Positions 46,908-58,051 of a stretch of DNA of 64,000 bases are shown here, in pieces. The stretch comes from Candidatus Latescibacterota bacterium (lineage in GTDB: Bacteria; Latescibacterota; UBA2968; UBA8231): assembly GCA_963422735.1 (NCBI GenBank), contig OY730476.1, positions 1,120,001 through 1,184,000 on the forward strand, written 5' to 3'. Made by a program: the position numbers and the translations under genes. The notes under the pieces were generated by a model. The model was not told the origin of the DNA, did not search any database, and was given only the letters and a program-made list of their open reading frames with translations. Positions within the stretch are counted from its first letter, which is position 1; each line of letters begins with the position of its first letter.

Positions 46908-48679
46908 CTACAGAGTCTTGTAATAGGCCCGTATCTTGGCGGCCATGCGTTCTCTACGCTTTTGCAGGAAAGTGTCATAGCCTTCGACACCTGAGGCATC
47001 CATTCCTTCAGGGATGCAGTGGGCCGCGAGGTTCTCTTGCAATTGATCGGCATCGGTTATCCCGCCGTAGCGAGTTGCGCCGTTTCTGCACTGCTCCCAC
47101 AGTTTTGAGAAGTATTTTTCCGGTGGCAGAGCTCCGATAGCGATGTTGATTTCGCTCTGCATTATCACATAATTGGCAATCTGATTGTAGCGACCAGGTT
47201 GGAAGCCGTGCCTCTGCAAATAGCTGCGCGGGAATACGTGATGAATGTGCCACTGGCCTTCCAGCAGGTCGCGCACGGTGATAGCACGTGAGAGGAATCC
47301 CTTGTCGTTTCCTCTTACTTGGCTTGCGAGGAAGACGTTGAAATAGGGACTGCTGGCCACCGAGGTGTCCATCTGTTGCGGCAAGCCTACCTCCCAGAAG
47401 GCGTCCGAGAGCTCTGCTCGTTCGATTGTATCCAGATACCGGCTTGCACCCTGTCTAGCGATGTTTCCAATATCGGCGCCGAAGGCGGTTTCGGGTGAGT
47501 TGGTGTATCTACTTGTCAAGATCGACATCACCAACCACCGACGCACGAGCCTCTCAATTCGCTCAGGAGCCTCACCCTGCGAGCGCAACGTCAAGAAGAG
47601 GATGTAGGCGAAATTGACGGTGTTTTTGGACCTGATCAGCGATGAATCTACGAACCCTGCCGAGTGCAAGATCATGACGAACCGTTTGAAGTTGGTCTCG
47701 TTCATGTAGCACAGGATCCCATCTCTGAGCGTACGAAAGGCCTCTTCTGCGGTGGCTTCCTCGAATGTTCGTGTCTCAAAGTTGCGCCCTGAGAGTAGAG
47801 GGACTAAGTCCTCTAAGCGCCCACGTTTGAACTGAGACGTAAACGCGACGCGAAGCATATCGGTGTATGAGGGGTCGTAGAGGTCATCCTTTTCATTCTT
47901 CAGCCACTCCATTGCACGGAAGTAGTCCGTCGAGGCGAAGTCAGCATCGCTGGCCAAGTCGCTATATGCTTCCGGCGCGACGGCCAGATGGCAGAAGTAG
48001 TCGATGCACTTTCGCAGCAGATGACCACCGTACTGTTCGCTGGCGGCTATCTTGGACATTGCGAAGTCCGCCGCATTAAGCGAGACACCCTGCGAGTTTA
48101 TGCGGACGAAGATTTCCGCGACAGTCTCAACCTCCAGATCGGCGTTCAACTCGATGACGCCGAGGGAATTGTTGCGAATACCGCGAAGGCGTTCCATGCG
48201 ATCATCGATTTCGTATTTGTCTGCAACATGATTCGCTTCGCAGTAGTCGTCCACTAACTGACGTATTCTCGCGTCGGGAGCGAAGACAGTGGATATGTCG
48301 GCAATCCATCCTCTATCCCGGCGTATGGCGGCGTTTGCCACCTCAAAGCACTTCTCGCCAGGATGAAAGGCGATAGATATCCGTTTCCGCTTGTAGTTTT
48401 TGTCGACAACCTGCTTCCCAAGCAAAGCGGCCAATAACGCCATAACGCGCTGCTGACCGTCGATCAAGATACGCTTCCCTGTTGATTGGGTACCATCCTT
48501 CAAGCGATGAGATACCCTACGGGATAACCGTTGTACAGCGAATCGATAAAATCGCGCACCTTTACCGCGCTCCAGACGAAGGGACGCTGGATCTCAGGAA
48601 TAGCGATTTCATCGGAGTTGATCCAAGTCAGCAGGGTCTCGATAGGATGCTGATTAATTGAGTAACTTTGGATGGGCAT
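46908..48679 (-). pseudogene. GmrSD-like (DUF262-DUF1524) restriction protein, frameshifted near 48505
   Basis: [18 protein letters not shown] in one frame; [23 protein letters not shown] in the other. Confidence 0.85.
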
Positions 48680-48815
48680 CTATCCTCTCTTTCGATTTGT
48701 GGCTTTGGTATGCCCCAAAGGGCAGGGTTTGGAGATTCGCTCCGCAGTGCGGAGTGTTTTGAAAAGGTTCGGTAAAATTGCTGCATATTGTGAGGGCCCC
48801 AAGGCTTGGTAGCTT

Positions 48816-49840
48816 TCACAGACTGGCGAATATCGAAAGAAAGGCCAATCCCGCGACCCGCGTCTCGCGTTCCCGCCCGACCACTTCCAAGGAACGCCGG
48901 TCAAAGCGCAACCCAAGCTGGGTCGTCAAGCCGTAGCCTAAATACTCCCGCTGATTGCTCAATTGCGCCGCCCACACCATGCCGCGAAAATCGCCCGTCA
49001 GCACGTTTTTCGCCAAAACCTTTTCGTCCCGCAGCAACTCGAAGAACAGTCGCTGCTCAAACCCCAGTTCAAGCTCTGAGCCTCGCATCGCGGGGAAGCG
49101 GAGCAAAAGCGACCCGATCCCGTCCCAAGAAAGGCGGCGGTGCTCGGCCAAGGAGAAGGGGGATTGGCTGAGGAACTCGCTTTTGAAACGGGGCAAAATC
49201 GCCACCGCGCCCCACGCGAAGACGCCGTCGATCTTGTCGATCAACCCCACAAAACCAGAAGTCTCCCGGCCATTGCGGCCCAAAGGCTCGCGCTGGTGCC
49301 ACCAGTCCCACTTGAAGCGATGCTTAGTCGTCCAGCGCCGCGAACGGGCGTACTGCCACTCGGCGTAAAACGTATTGATCCAAGTGTCCTCAGCCGCCAG
49401 CAGATCAGGCACGGCAATATGCTGCCCGCTCGTCTGCCCGGCGGCCCCGAATTCGAGCGTTGGCACGATCCACTGCGACAGCGGGTCGGGGATGGTGTCT
49501 GCGGCCTTCTTCAGCATGTCGAAGACCCGTACCCGGCCGCGGCCGGGCCAATCCCGTTCAAAGGCAACAAGCCCGTAGGCGGTGTGGTTTTTGCGGTCGG
49601 TCTGACGCATATCTTGGCGCAGGTAGCCGGCGGAGAGGCGGATTTCGGGGTTGACCTCCACGCTGACGTAGGCGTTGTAGCCCCAGTGGTCTTTCTTGTA
49701 GGGATAGTCTGGCAAATCGTCGTTTTCAAAGCGCTCGGCCCAGCCATTGTTGTTGAGGTCAATGCCAAAGAGGAACTCCGGCCGGTCCGAGTGGTGGCGC
49801 AGGAAAGGCTCCTCGTAGTCGGGGAAAAAATTCTCCCGAA
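48816..49840 (-). pseudogene. C-terminal fragment of a large beta-barrel-like protein
   Basis: Alternating amphipathic strands ending FLSIFASL; frameshift near 49735; 5' part absent. Confidence 0.55.
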
Positions 49841-50090
49841 TGGTTTGGGGGACCGGCTTTTATAAAAAAGCTGTCAGACAGATGGACGAATTTTTGAGGA
49901 CAAGTGGTAGTGTGGGACTGCCTATCTGCCCATGTTGGCTAGCAAGCATAGCTTTTTTGGAAGGGTTGCTCGCCTCGACGGACTCGCCCTTAACCTCCTG
50001 CTCAGAAGGAACGCTAATTCCTACCCCAATAGCCTCTTAGAAGCGGTCTTATAATTCCGGGTTCGGTTCCTCAAGCGGCTCAAACCCTCT

Positions 50091-50114
50091 GGGACCGAGG
50101 GCGTCTCGCCCTCG
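50091..50114. repeat. REP-like palindrome
   Basis: GGGAC-CGAGGGCG-TCT-CGCCCTCG. Confidence 0.45.
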
Positions 50115-50224
50115 AACATCGCGAACGCGACCGGCCGGCAAAGCCGCCCGAGGGGGGTTGTAAGACCGCTTCAAGAGGGCTACCGTTGCGCAATGGTCCC
50201 CAAAGACGGTACCGGATCACTCTT

Positions 50225-50329
50225 GTGAGTAATACGTTCAATCGCATTCGGGCGCTGATTTCCGAGGGCAGTATCCGATTACCCGATCTCGAGAAATGGG
50301 AACTTGGATTCAAGCGGAGGCGAAAATGA
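50225..50329 (+). pseudogene. DUF4258-like toxin with its core deleted
   Basis: N-terminus (RIRALISEGSIR) fused to the typical C-terminus (PDLEKWELGFKRRRK); ATGA coupling to partner. Confidence 0.55.
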
Positions 50330-50523
50330 ATAAGACAGACCGGACGAAGCTCGTTCACGAAGGTAACTATATTGCAGAAGTTGACGTAGAGCTACTAGAA
50401 GAGCCTGAAGGATGGTCACCGTACTTTTCTCTTGAAGACGCGTATCGTCTCGACGATGTGCGAGAGGCTCTTCGTCGAGGGGGCATTAAGACCGCTGCAA
50501 AACGCCTGTGTAAAGCCGTATAA
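50326..50523 (+). CDS. Small antitoxin-like partner of the DUF4258 gene
   Basis: KLVHEGNYIAEVDVEL...WSPYFSLEDAYRLDDVREAL. Confidence 0.6.
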   Translation: MNKTDRTKLVHEGNYIAEVDVELLEEPEGWSPYFSLEDAYRLDDVREALRRGGIKTAAKRLCKAV

Positions 50524-50593
50524 CTCGTCGCTCAATCCGGGTGCTTAACTATGTCTAGAAAATTACGCGGGGTACCGCAGGACGTCTAAAGAA

Positions 50594-51433
50594 ATGAATT
50601 CCATATTTGGATTTCCACCAATCCACAAGACGTATCTTACGCCTCCAGATGATATCGCTTCTCGTTTGCAAAGCCTAATTGGTACGCCATTCAAATTGAC
50701 GGGAAAGACTAGGACAGATGGCTCGAATGTGAGAAAGCTTATTGCACAGACTCTCGCAGAATTCTCATTACCTAAACCATGCCCCCAGTCATCTTATTCT
50801 ATCGTACCACTTAAAGAAAAAGGATTACCAAGGATACTTTTAGAATATGTAGACACCTATGTCGTAACTACAGGTAATACGTACAATCTCCAAGTGTGGA
50901 ATCGAAATCCGGCATCTGACTCTATCCAAGTTGAATACAATTCCGGTGAGACCCTATCGTCAAAGGATGTCCGATTCGTTTTCCTGCGTGTTGACCCACG
51001 GACTCAGGCAATAAGTTCAATCCTTGTCCTGACCCCAGATTATATCGAGAGTAAATTCGGACGCTTTGGCAAGCCGACGATTAAACACCAAATCATAATT
51101 CCGCCAAAAATTAAAGATAAGGCACTAGCTCAAAATCCGCCGGGCATTTTCTGTTCAGATACATCTGCTCTCTCTCAACATGTAACGGGTAAGTATGCTA
51201 TTCCGACCTCTTCAATAAACCAGGTATTGGAGGTCAAGGTGCAGGATTCGCCGACCGTAGATCTAGGAAAATTCAGTCCTCAGTTCAAAGAGTGCGTACC
51301 GTTAAGCGATTCATTCCCTGTGCCAGATCGCCAGCGGCCAGAGTCGTTGTGTGAGAATATGAGACGTAGTAAACAGTCTTCCGGTCGTCTATCTTCAGGC
51401 ATATCGTCCCAGTCCGAGCGAATAAAAATTTGA
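50594..51433 (+). pseudogene. Type II restriction endonuclease, truncated
   Basis: Low GC; convergent with an MTase; LEVKVQDSPTVDLG PD-(D/E)xK-like motif; 3' end runs into MTase sequence. Confidence 0.6.
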
Positions 51434-52310
51434 TCGGCCGTCGTCTTAATGCCAACCCTTACCTTCACAACGTCACCAATTCGACACTTTGCCGCCGATT
51501 CTATTTTACCAATCCACTTCTTCTTGGTCGCAGTTACCATCTGCCAAGATTCGGAGGACAACTTAGAGAAGGAAAGAGTCCCCGTCGAGAGTCTGAATCG
51601 GGTTTTAGACACCAAGTATTCACCCTCAGACTTTTGCCTGAGAATGTCGTACACTGAATCAACATGGATTGGCTTTTCTCGATCATCGAGATTACTTGTC
51701 CTATTTTCGTAAATTTTGACGAATCTTTTTGGCCGCCTTGGGTTAGTAGAGAAACGCGATGTAGAGGGTACTTTTCTAGCGATCAAGATAGCTGGCAGAA
51801 CGGCAGCCTCGAAAAGCTTGGTGTCGCCGAGGTCGATCAGTTCGACTATCTCGTAATCTTCTGCAATGAACGCTCTGATGGAGGCTCCACCTTTTGTTGA
51901 AATAAACCGATTGGAAGTGATGACACCTATAATGCCATTATCTTTTAAACACTGGATCATCGCCACCAGAAAAGCTTGGTATAAATAGATTTTGCCTTTC
52001 AGACGAAAGGCTTTTGCTAACTCCTGTGATTTCCAGGCACCGAGGACCTGCGTTCGGACGTAAGGAGGATTGGCGATTATAATATCTACAGGAGGAATAG
52101 TCTCATTGGTTGGAGACTCGTCGTTAAACAGCTCTATCTGCGCCTTTGAATCGGTGTAAAGTTCAAGGAAATCCATCCTCTTGAGAAAATTCGATTTTGA
52201 GCCAAACGCTTCTAACCGCTCTTGGGCCTTCCCGAGGGATAAATCGTCGAGCTCTATCCCTGTAATGGCGGTATTTCTTATGTATATTATCTGACAACGA
52301 GCCTGCTCCT
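51280..52310 (-). pseudogene. N6-adenine DNA methyltransferase (TaqI/Eco57I-like), truncated at both ends
   Basis: IIANPPYVR, LYQAF, ITSNRF, VRVGIKTTAD; motif I missing, target-recognition domain cut short. Confidence 0.8.
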
Positions 52311-52431
52311 AATTTGTTGGCTAATGAGGCCGCAGTCTCTGCTACGCCTCCCGCCATTAGCTTGCGCCTCCTCTCCCACGCCCGTACCTTGGCTGCCAAC
52401 CGCCTGCCCGCCCATCAAGGAGCCTCCCAAA

Positions 52432-53667
52432 ATGAACATCACCAACATCGAAGTCATCCCCATCTTTCCCAAGCTGGCCAGCCGCTACGCCGAGCGCCGC
52501 GTCGATCTCTACGGTATCGACTGCCGCGTCGTGTACAAAGTCCACACCAACGCTGGCATCACCGGCTACGGCGACATGCGGGTGCGGCCCTACTCCAAAC
52601 CGTCCCGCGACGCCGTCGCCCAGTTTATTGGCCTCAGCCCCTTCGAATTCATCAATGACCATCGCTCCGCCGTCCCCTCGGGCCTGCTCTGCGCCCTCTA
52701 TGACGCGATGGGCAAACACCTCGACCTGCCCGTCCACAAACTCCTCGGCCAAAAGAAACGCGATGCCATCGCCGTGGCCGCCTGGACCCGCCCCGCCTCC
52801 CCAGAGATCTTCCGCGACGAAATCAAACGCGCCGCCACCGAGGGCTACCGCGTCTTCAAAATCCACACCTGCACCCACCACGACGTCTTCGAGCAGACTC
52901 GTCTGGCCGCAGAGGTCGCCCCGGAGAGCTTCCGCATCCACTACGACTTCAACCACAACCGCAGCCTCGGCTCCGCACTGCCGATCATCGCCGAACTCGA
53001 AAGAAACTTCCCCATCGTCGGCTACATCGAAGACCCCCTCGACAAAAGGGACATCGATGGCTGGAAGCGCCTGCGCCGGCAAACCAGTCTGCCGCTGATC
53101 ATGCACGGCACGCCCTTGGGCGGTGTCCAAGAGCTGATCTACGGCCTCGCCGATATGTACATGATCGGCGGTACCCTCGAAGACACCATGGCCGCCGGCT
53201 GGGCCTGCGGTCGGGCCAATGTGCAGGTCCTGCTGCAATTCGAAGGTGGTACTATGGGTAAGGCCATGGCCATGCACATGGCCTCGGTGCTGCCGACCCA
53301 CACGGCCCACTCGATCAACCTCGACGACCAGTACGCCGAAGACTACACCACCGAGACCATTCCCGTTGTCGATGGGGCCTCCCCCGTACCCGATGGGCCG
53401 GGTCTAGGCTTTGCAGTCGATGAGGATGCGCTGGCGCGAATGGCGGCTCAGTCGCTAGTCGGGCGTCCAACCCACATCGGCGTCTTGCAGATGCCCGGCG
53501 GGCACACGTACTACGGCCCGTCCTATATTTCTCCCACCAGCATTACCGGCCATCAGGAGGGCGTTGACCGCGGCTTCCGCTCCTCAATCTGGGAAGACGA
53601 CGGCTCGGCCGAGTTCGCCAAAGTCCACGACCGCGTCAACAAGGAGGGCGTCTTCCGCACCGACTGA
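52432..53667 (+). CDS. Mandelate racemase/muconate lactonizing enzyme family
   Basis: ALYDAMGK...PVHKLLG, FKIH, YDFN, IEDP, PDGPGLG; AAGGAG RBS. Confidence 0.85.
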   Translation: MNITNIEVIPIFPKLASRYAERRVDLYGIDCRVVYKVHTNAGITGYGDMRVRPYSKPSRDAVAQFIGLSPFEFINDHRSAVPSGLLCALYDAMGKHLDLPVHKLLGQKKRDAIAVAAWTRPASPEIFRDEIKRAATEGYRVFKIHTCTHHDVFEQTRLAAEVAPESFRIHYDFNHNRSLGSALPIIAELERNFPIVGYIEDPLDKRDIDGWKRLRRQTSLPLIMHGTPLGGVQELIYGLADMYMIGGTLEDTMAAGWACGRANVQVLLQFEGGTMGKAMAMHMASVLPTHTAHSINLDDQYAEDYTTETIPVVDGASPVPDGPGLGFAVDEDALARMAAQSLVGRPTHIGVLQMPGGHTYYGPSYISPTSITGHQEGVDRGFRSSIWEDDGSAEFAKVHDRVNKEGVFRTD

Positions 53668-53703
53668 CGTACGCGGGAGCAAATTTACGTTGTGGAACCG
53701 CGG

Positions 53704-54825
53704 CTAGAAGCGCGCCGCGGATAGAGGACCGGGGTCGCGTCCGTCTAGGGCCAGTTCCACCATGCGTTCGGCGGCCAGCAGGCCGATGGAGTTGCCGTAG
53801 CCGCTAAAGCCCAGCGCAAAGACCGCGTCGGGCAGATCCGGGAGGGCACCGACAGCTACCCGGCGATCCGGAGTGAAGCCGTGAATCCCGGCCCAGTGGT
53901 GCTCGACTTCAAAGGAGAGGCCCGAAAACCAGCGGCGCAGATAGGTCTCGAGGTTCTGTAGCAGGTTCGGGGTGACGGCGTCCTCGGCTGTGTACTCCTG
54001 CTCCTCAAAGAAAATCCGGGCACCGCCGATCATCAAACGCCCATCTTCAAACTGGCGGAAGTAATTGTACTCGGTGATGCCGGCGACCTCGATCAGGGGT
54101 TCCACTGGGGTGGTCACGAGAATCTGGCCGCGCACTGGGCGCACGATGCGGCTCAGGTGCGGGTGCAGATCGCAGCCGTACCCGTTGGTGGCGATGTACA
54201 CCTTGCGGCAGCGGATATGGGCGCGGCGCCCGCGCACCCTCAGACCTTGGCCCTCCGCTTCGATGCGATAGATCTCATTGTGGTGGTAAAAGGTGGCCCC
54301 GGAGGAGGAGGCAATGACTTCGGTGAGGCGCGCTGGCTGCACCATAAAATCGCCCGCCACCTGCATAGACGCCGCGTACCCAGCACCGTAGGGATCGCCC
54401 TCGGCGAACTCGACATCGACGCCGTCGGCTGCAAAGGCGCGGGCCCACTCTTCCAGCTCGCGGGCGTCGGCCCGGGTTTCAGCCAGATGGATAGCACCCT
54501 CTTCCCAAGGCACCTCGTACTGCTCGGCCAAGGCGCGCATGCGGGCGACGTTGTCGCGCACCATGGCGAGGATTTGGCGGGCGGCCGGGCGGCCCACTTG
54601 GGCGATGAGGGTGGGGTACGTCTCGCGCTGCGAGGTCAGCACAAAGCCGGCATTGCGGCCCGAGGCACCGGCGGCTGGAAAGCGGGCATCGACTAGGGCG
54701 ACATCGCGGCCCCGCTGGTGCAGCAGGGTGGCTGCGTACGAGCCAACAATGCCAGCACCGATCACCACGTCGTCGTGTTCGGCCTGCAGCGGCTTGGATA
54801 CTTCTTGCCATTTGGATACGGTCAT
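53704..54825 (-). CDS. FAD-dependent oxidoreductase (DAO family)
   Basis: VVIGAGIVG, GASGRNAG, ATNGY, GFSGYG. Confidence 0.88.
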   Translation of the reverse strand: MTVSKWQEVSKPLQAEHDDVVIGAGIVGSYAATLLHQRGRDVALVDARFPAAGASGRNAGFVLTSQRETYPTLIAQVGRPAARQILAMVRDNVARMRALAEQYEVPWEEGAIHLAETRADARELEEWARAFAADGVDVEFAEGDPYGAGYAASMQVAGDFMVQPARLTEVIASSSGATFYHHNEIYRIEAEGQGLRVRGRRAHIRCRKVYIATNGYGCDLHPHLSRIVRPVRGQILVTTPVEPLIEVAGITEYNYFRQFEDGRLMIGGARIFFEEQEYTAEDAVTPNLLQNLETYLRRWFSGLSFEVEHHWAGIHGFTPDRRVAVGALPDLPDAVFALGFSGYGNSIGLLAAERMVELALDGRDPGPLSAARF

Positions 54826-54900
54826 AATGCCTCCAAAGGGATGATGGTCGCTCCGGGATTGTCGTCCCGATAATCGGCCAACGGACTTTCCTAGAGTTTA

Positions 54901-54930
54901 ATCAGTGGTTAGTGATTAGTGGTTAGTGGT
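54901..54930. repeat. Short heptamer array (AGTGGTT/AGTGATT)
   Basis: Four units of the same family as 37612 and 44126. Confidence 0.7.
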
Positions 54931-55126
54931 CCGTTCCATCCGCCCCCTTGGCGGCGGGTACCCGGCGACGGGCCCCGGAACTATTGACGCGGGGGACCGC
55001 GCGGGCCCGGACGAGGGCTACGGGCCAGCCGAGTGATACCGCCTACATGAAACCGGAATGCCCAACCGTACACTAGGAAATTCCGTCGGCCAAAGCTCAC
55101 GACCGCGCCGACTGACGCGATCTCCT

Positions 55127-55942
55127 CTAAACTTTCTGCACCTGACGCCAGCGGTCGTAGTATCGCTGCATTTTCGGGGGCAGCCCCGCCCGCACATTGT
55201 CGGCCAGCTGCCAGCGGAAGCGTTCGTCGAGGGCTTCGCGCGGCTGGTCCTCCTCGTGCTTGACTAACGCACCCGTCAGAGTCAGCCGCTCGGTCGCGCC
55301 AGTGGGCAAGCGGCCCCGGTGAATGGTATTGCCGGTCCAGAAAATAGTCTGTCCCTGTTGCAGCACTATTTGTTCTGCATCGGGCACGTCGCCCTTGGGA
55401 TTGTTGATCAACACTTCGCGCTCTCGCTCGGTGCGGTAGCGGCGCTGGCTTCTTGGCACCAGCCACAGGCAGGCGTCATCGGCCAAGGCCAAGTGCCACT
55501 TGACCAAGTTCTTGCGGTAGCGGCCGAGAATCTCCAGTTCCACCTCCCGGCTGCCGTCGCGCTCTTCTTTGCCAAAGTCGCGGTGCCAGCCCGTGTCGTA
55601 GTCCGTCGGACCGCACAGGACAATCAGCCCCACCCAGCCCAAGCGCAACGGGCCGCCCACCAAGGCGCGCACGTAGGTCTCCACCGGCTCGGACATGAGG
55701 TATTCGGCAAAGATCGGCTCGCCAAACTCGGGCGCGATCAAGCCCAAGATGTGGCGCGGCTCCACCCCCGGGCCGCCGCCGCTGATCCGCTCGGCCGTAG
55801 CCACCACCCCACCGGAGCGCACCTTTTCCACTGCGCACCGTGCTCCGACCTCCAAGGCCGCTAGCATCTCCGGGGCGACTGCGTCGTCGGCGATGAAATA
55901 ACCCTGATCGCGGTACTGCTCAATCTGCGCTGGCGTCGCCAT
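55127..55942 (-). CDS. PhyH-family dioxygenase
   Basis: QYRDQGYFI, WHRD, LWLVPRSQ, IHRG, ERLTL. Confidence 0.82.
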   Translation of the reverse strand: MATPAQIEQYRDQGYFIADDAVAPEMLAALEVGARCAVEKVRSGGVVATAERISGGGPGVEPRHILGLIAPEFGEPIFAEYLMSEPVETYVRALVGGPLRLGWVGLIVLCGPTDYDTGWHRDFGKEERDGSREVELEILGRYRKNLVKWHLALADDACLWLVPRSQRRYRTEREREVLINNPKGDVPDAEQIVLQQGQTIFWTGNTIHRGRLPTGATERLTLTGALVKHEEDQPREALDERFRWQLADNVRAGLPPKMQRYYDRWRQVQKV

Positions 55943-55961
55943 GCGGCCCTCCCTCTCGGCC

Positions 55962-56873
55962 CTAGGGTCGATACGGCTCACCCGTGCGCCGCAGCTTCTT
56001 GGTCACCGCAATCTGACAGGTCGCGTACCCGCCCATGTAGCCGGTGGCAAAGCCTGGGCGAGCGTCCCCAATGGTGCCGACGATCATGTTGGCGTATTCG
56101 TACGTGGTGTCGTAGCGGTCGCATATCAAGGCCACCATTTCGAGCCAAGCCGCTTTGAGCGCGTCGCCCCATTCGGCCGCACGCGCACTGGTGAGGTATT
56201 CCTCGGCGTCTTCCACAACCCTAGTGGTCTCGACCACCGGGCTGCTAGTGGGGAACCCGGGCGAGCGATCTACCTTGAGAGCGATGGCCGAGTCGATCTC
56301 GACCCCGGCCCCGGTCAACTCGCCGTCGCCCATGCGCGCATGGACATCTCCCAGCGAGAGCAATCCTCCCAGCTTTTGCGCGCGGATGTGAACAATGCTG
56401 CCGGGCTGGATGGCATTGAAATCCATGTTGCCGCCGTGATCTATGGCGTTGGGTGCCCACGATTCGAGCTGGACGACGCCGATCATGGGCCGCACCGACA
56501 CGACAAAATCCGGCGGAAAGTGAATAAGCCCGTCGCGCACCGGCGCCACGCAGCGCCAATTGCCCCAATTGGGGCCGCCGTTGCGATAGAAGCCGTAGGG
56601 GCCAACCTCGATATCGACGATCTCGATGGCCACCCAATCGTCCGGCTCAATGCCCTCGATGAGAAAGGGACCGCCGGGGCGGGCGTAGCGGCGATGGCTC
56701 TCCCCGGAAGTAATCATGCCGGCGCGGGTCTCCCCGGCCGCTTCAAAGTCGTTGTCCGCTCCGCCAATGGTCTCGATAATGACGGTTTCTCCGAGCACCA
56801 ACCTGCCGCGCACTTGGCCGATTTCCGGGTCGTCCGGCCCGCTGTAATGAGGGGTGCGAGTAAAGCGACGCAT
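55962..56873 (-). CDS. Acetamidase/formamidase family protein
   Basis: GPFLIEG, PMIGV, HGGNMD, GDVHARMGDGE. Confidence 0.85.
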   Translation of the reverse strand: MRRFTRTPHYSGPDDPEIGQVRGRLVLGETVIIETIGGADNDFEAAGETRAGMITSGESHRRYARPGGPFLIEGIEPDDWVAIEIVDIEVGPYGFYRNGGPNWGNWRCVAPVRDGLIHFPPDFVVSVRPMIGVVQLESWAPNAIDHGGNMDFNAIQPGSIVHIRAQKLGGLLSLGDVHARMGDGELTGAGVEIDSAIALKVDRSPGFPTSSPVVETTRVVEDAEEYLTSARAAEWGDALKAAWLEMVALICDRYDTTYEYANMIVGTIGDARPGFATGYMGGYATCQIAVTKKLRRTGEPYRP

Positions 56874-56905
56874 ACGCGTTCTCCTTTGCTAAGGGTGTTG
56901 GGCTC

Positions 56906-57700
56906 CTAGCGTCCCTCGGCAAACGGAAAGGTACCGTTGTACCCAAGCGCAGCAATGGCCGGCAGTGGCGAGCTGACAAAGGGAATCCCCGGGAACATGG
57001 GCGTCTGCTGGTAGTGCAGCACCACGTTGCAGCGGATGGGTGCGTCGGCATCTTCCTTCAGCTTTGCGCCTTGGTGTGGGATGTGGCTGAAGAACACCAC
57101 CGCGTCGCCGGTCATAGGATGCAGATGGATGTGCTCCTGCCGCTCGCACCACTGGTAAAAGGGGTTGTCGGAATTGTACCCGCCTAAGTGGCGGATTTCT
57201 TCCGGCAGCGCGTTGTGGCAGAAGTTATTGATGAAGGTCAAGCGCCCGGTCTCTGGCGCGTTGTCCGTCAGGTAAAACGTGGTGTTTATGCAGAGCGGCC
57301 GCAACGCGTGCCGCGCCTCGTCGGGTGCATCCCAATAATAGCCAAAATCCTTGTGCCACTCTTGGGTATAAGCACCCGGATTGATATGCGCGCGAAAGCT
57401 CCGCAACTGGCATTGCCGCCCGAGCATGGCCTGTAAATACGGCGCGACCGCGGGATGGCCGACCATGGGCTGGGCCAGTTCAGGTTCCTGTTCCAGCAAG
57501 TGGTCAAAAGCCACATTGCCCACTTCGTTGCTAATGTCCCATTCTCGCCGCTCGTACTTCTGCACCAAGCATTCCCGCCAGGCCAGCACCACGTCCTCGG
57601 GCAGCGCGTTGCGCACCAATAGAAAGCCGTGCCGGTCGAGCGCGTCGAGCTGATTCTCCAACTCGGGGATTTGGGCCGTATCCGCGATGATTTCGCTCAT
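56906..57700 (-). CDS. PhyH-family dioxygenase
   Basis: HGFLLVRNAL, WHKD, FYLTD, GDAVVFFSHIPHQG. Confidence 0.85.
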   Translation of the reverse strand: MSEIIADTAQIPELENQLDALDRHGFLLVRNALPEDVVLAWRECLVQKYERREWDISNEVGNVAFDHLLEQEPELAQPMVGHPAVAPYLQAMLGRQCQLRSFRAHINPGAYTQEWHKDFGYYWDAPDEARHALRPLCINTTFYLTDNAPETGRLTFINNFCHNALPEEIRHLGGYNSDNPFYQWCERQEHIHLHPMTGDAVVFFSHIPHQGAKLKEDADAPIRCNVVLHYQQTPMFPGIPFVSSPLPAIAALGYNGTFPFAEGR

Positions 57701-57763
57701 GGAAAAGCTCCTAGTTTTGTTCGTGAGAAGTGGCTTATCTCCGGCTGTACAGCCGCCGGGGAA

Positions 57764-58038
57764 TTATTCACTATTCCAGCTTTCCGTAAGCAACAGCACG
57801 TGCGTACCGCGCGTTGTCTCGGACGCCGGCGACGCGCCCGTATGGGCGACCGCATCTACATTCCGCACCGCCTGCCATACCGCGTCTTTTTCCGTCAGCC
57901 GGGCGGCGATCCATTCGACATCTTGCCGCCGCGCAGTCGTCCATACATAAGACGCAACTGTGCGTTTTCATCCGAGACCAGCGCGGCGGCTATCTCTTGG
58001 CCCAATGCTCTAGCCACGCCCGTAACCAATACTCGCAT
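57764..58038 (-). pseudogene. NAD-dependent epimerase/dehydratase remnant
   Basis: MRVLVTGVARALGQEIA / DAVWQAVRNVDAVAHTG; 4-bp duplication at 57942-57949; truncated. Confidence 0.65.
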
Positions 58039-58051
58039 CGGCTCGTATTCT

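Noticed and set aside
14122-56909. Long antisense ORFs (14122-15201, 24238-25518, 52357-53310, 55941-56909 and similar)
   Set aside because: Shadow frames of well-supported genes in GC-rich DNA, with no recognisable motifs.
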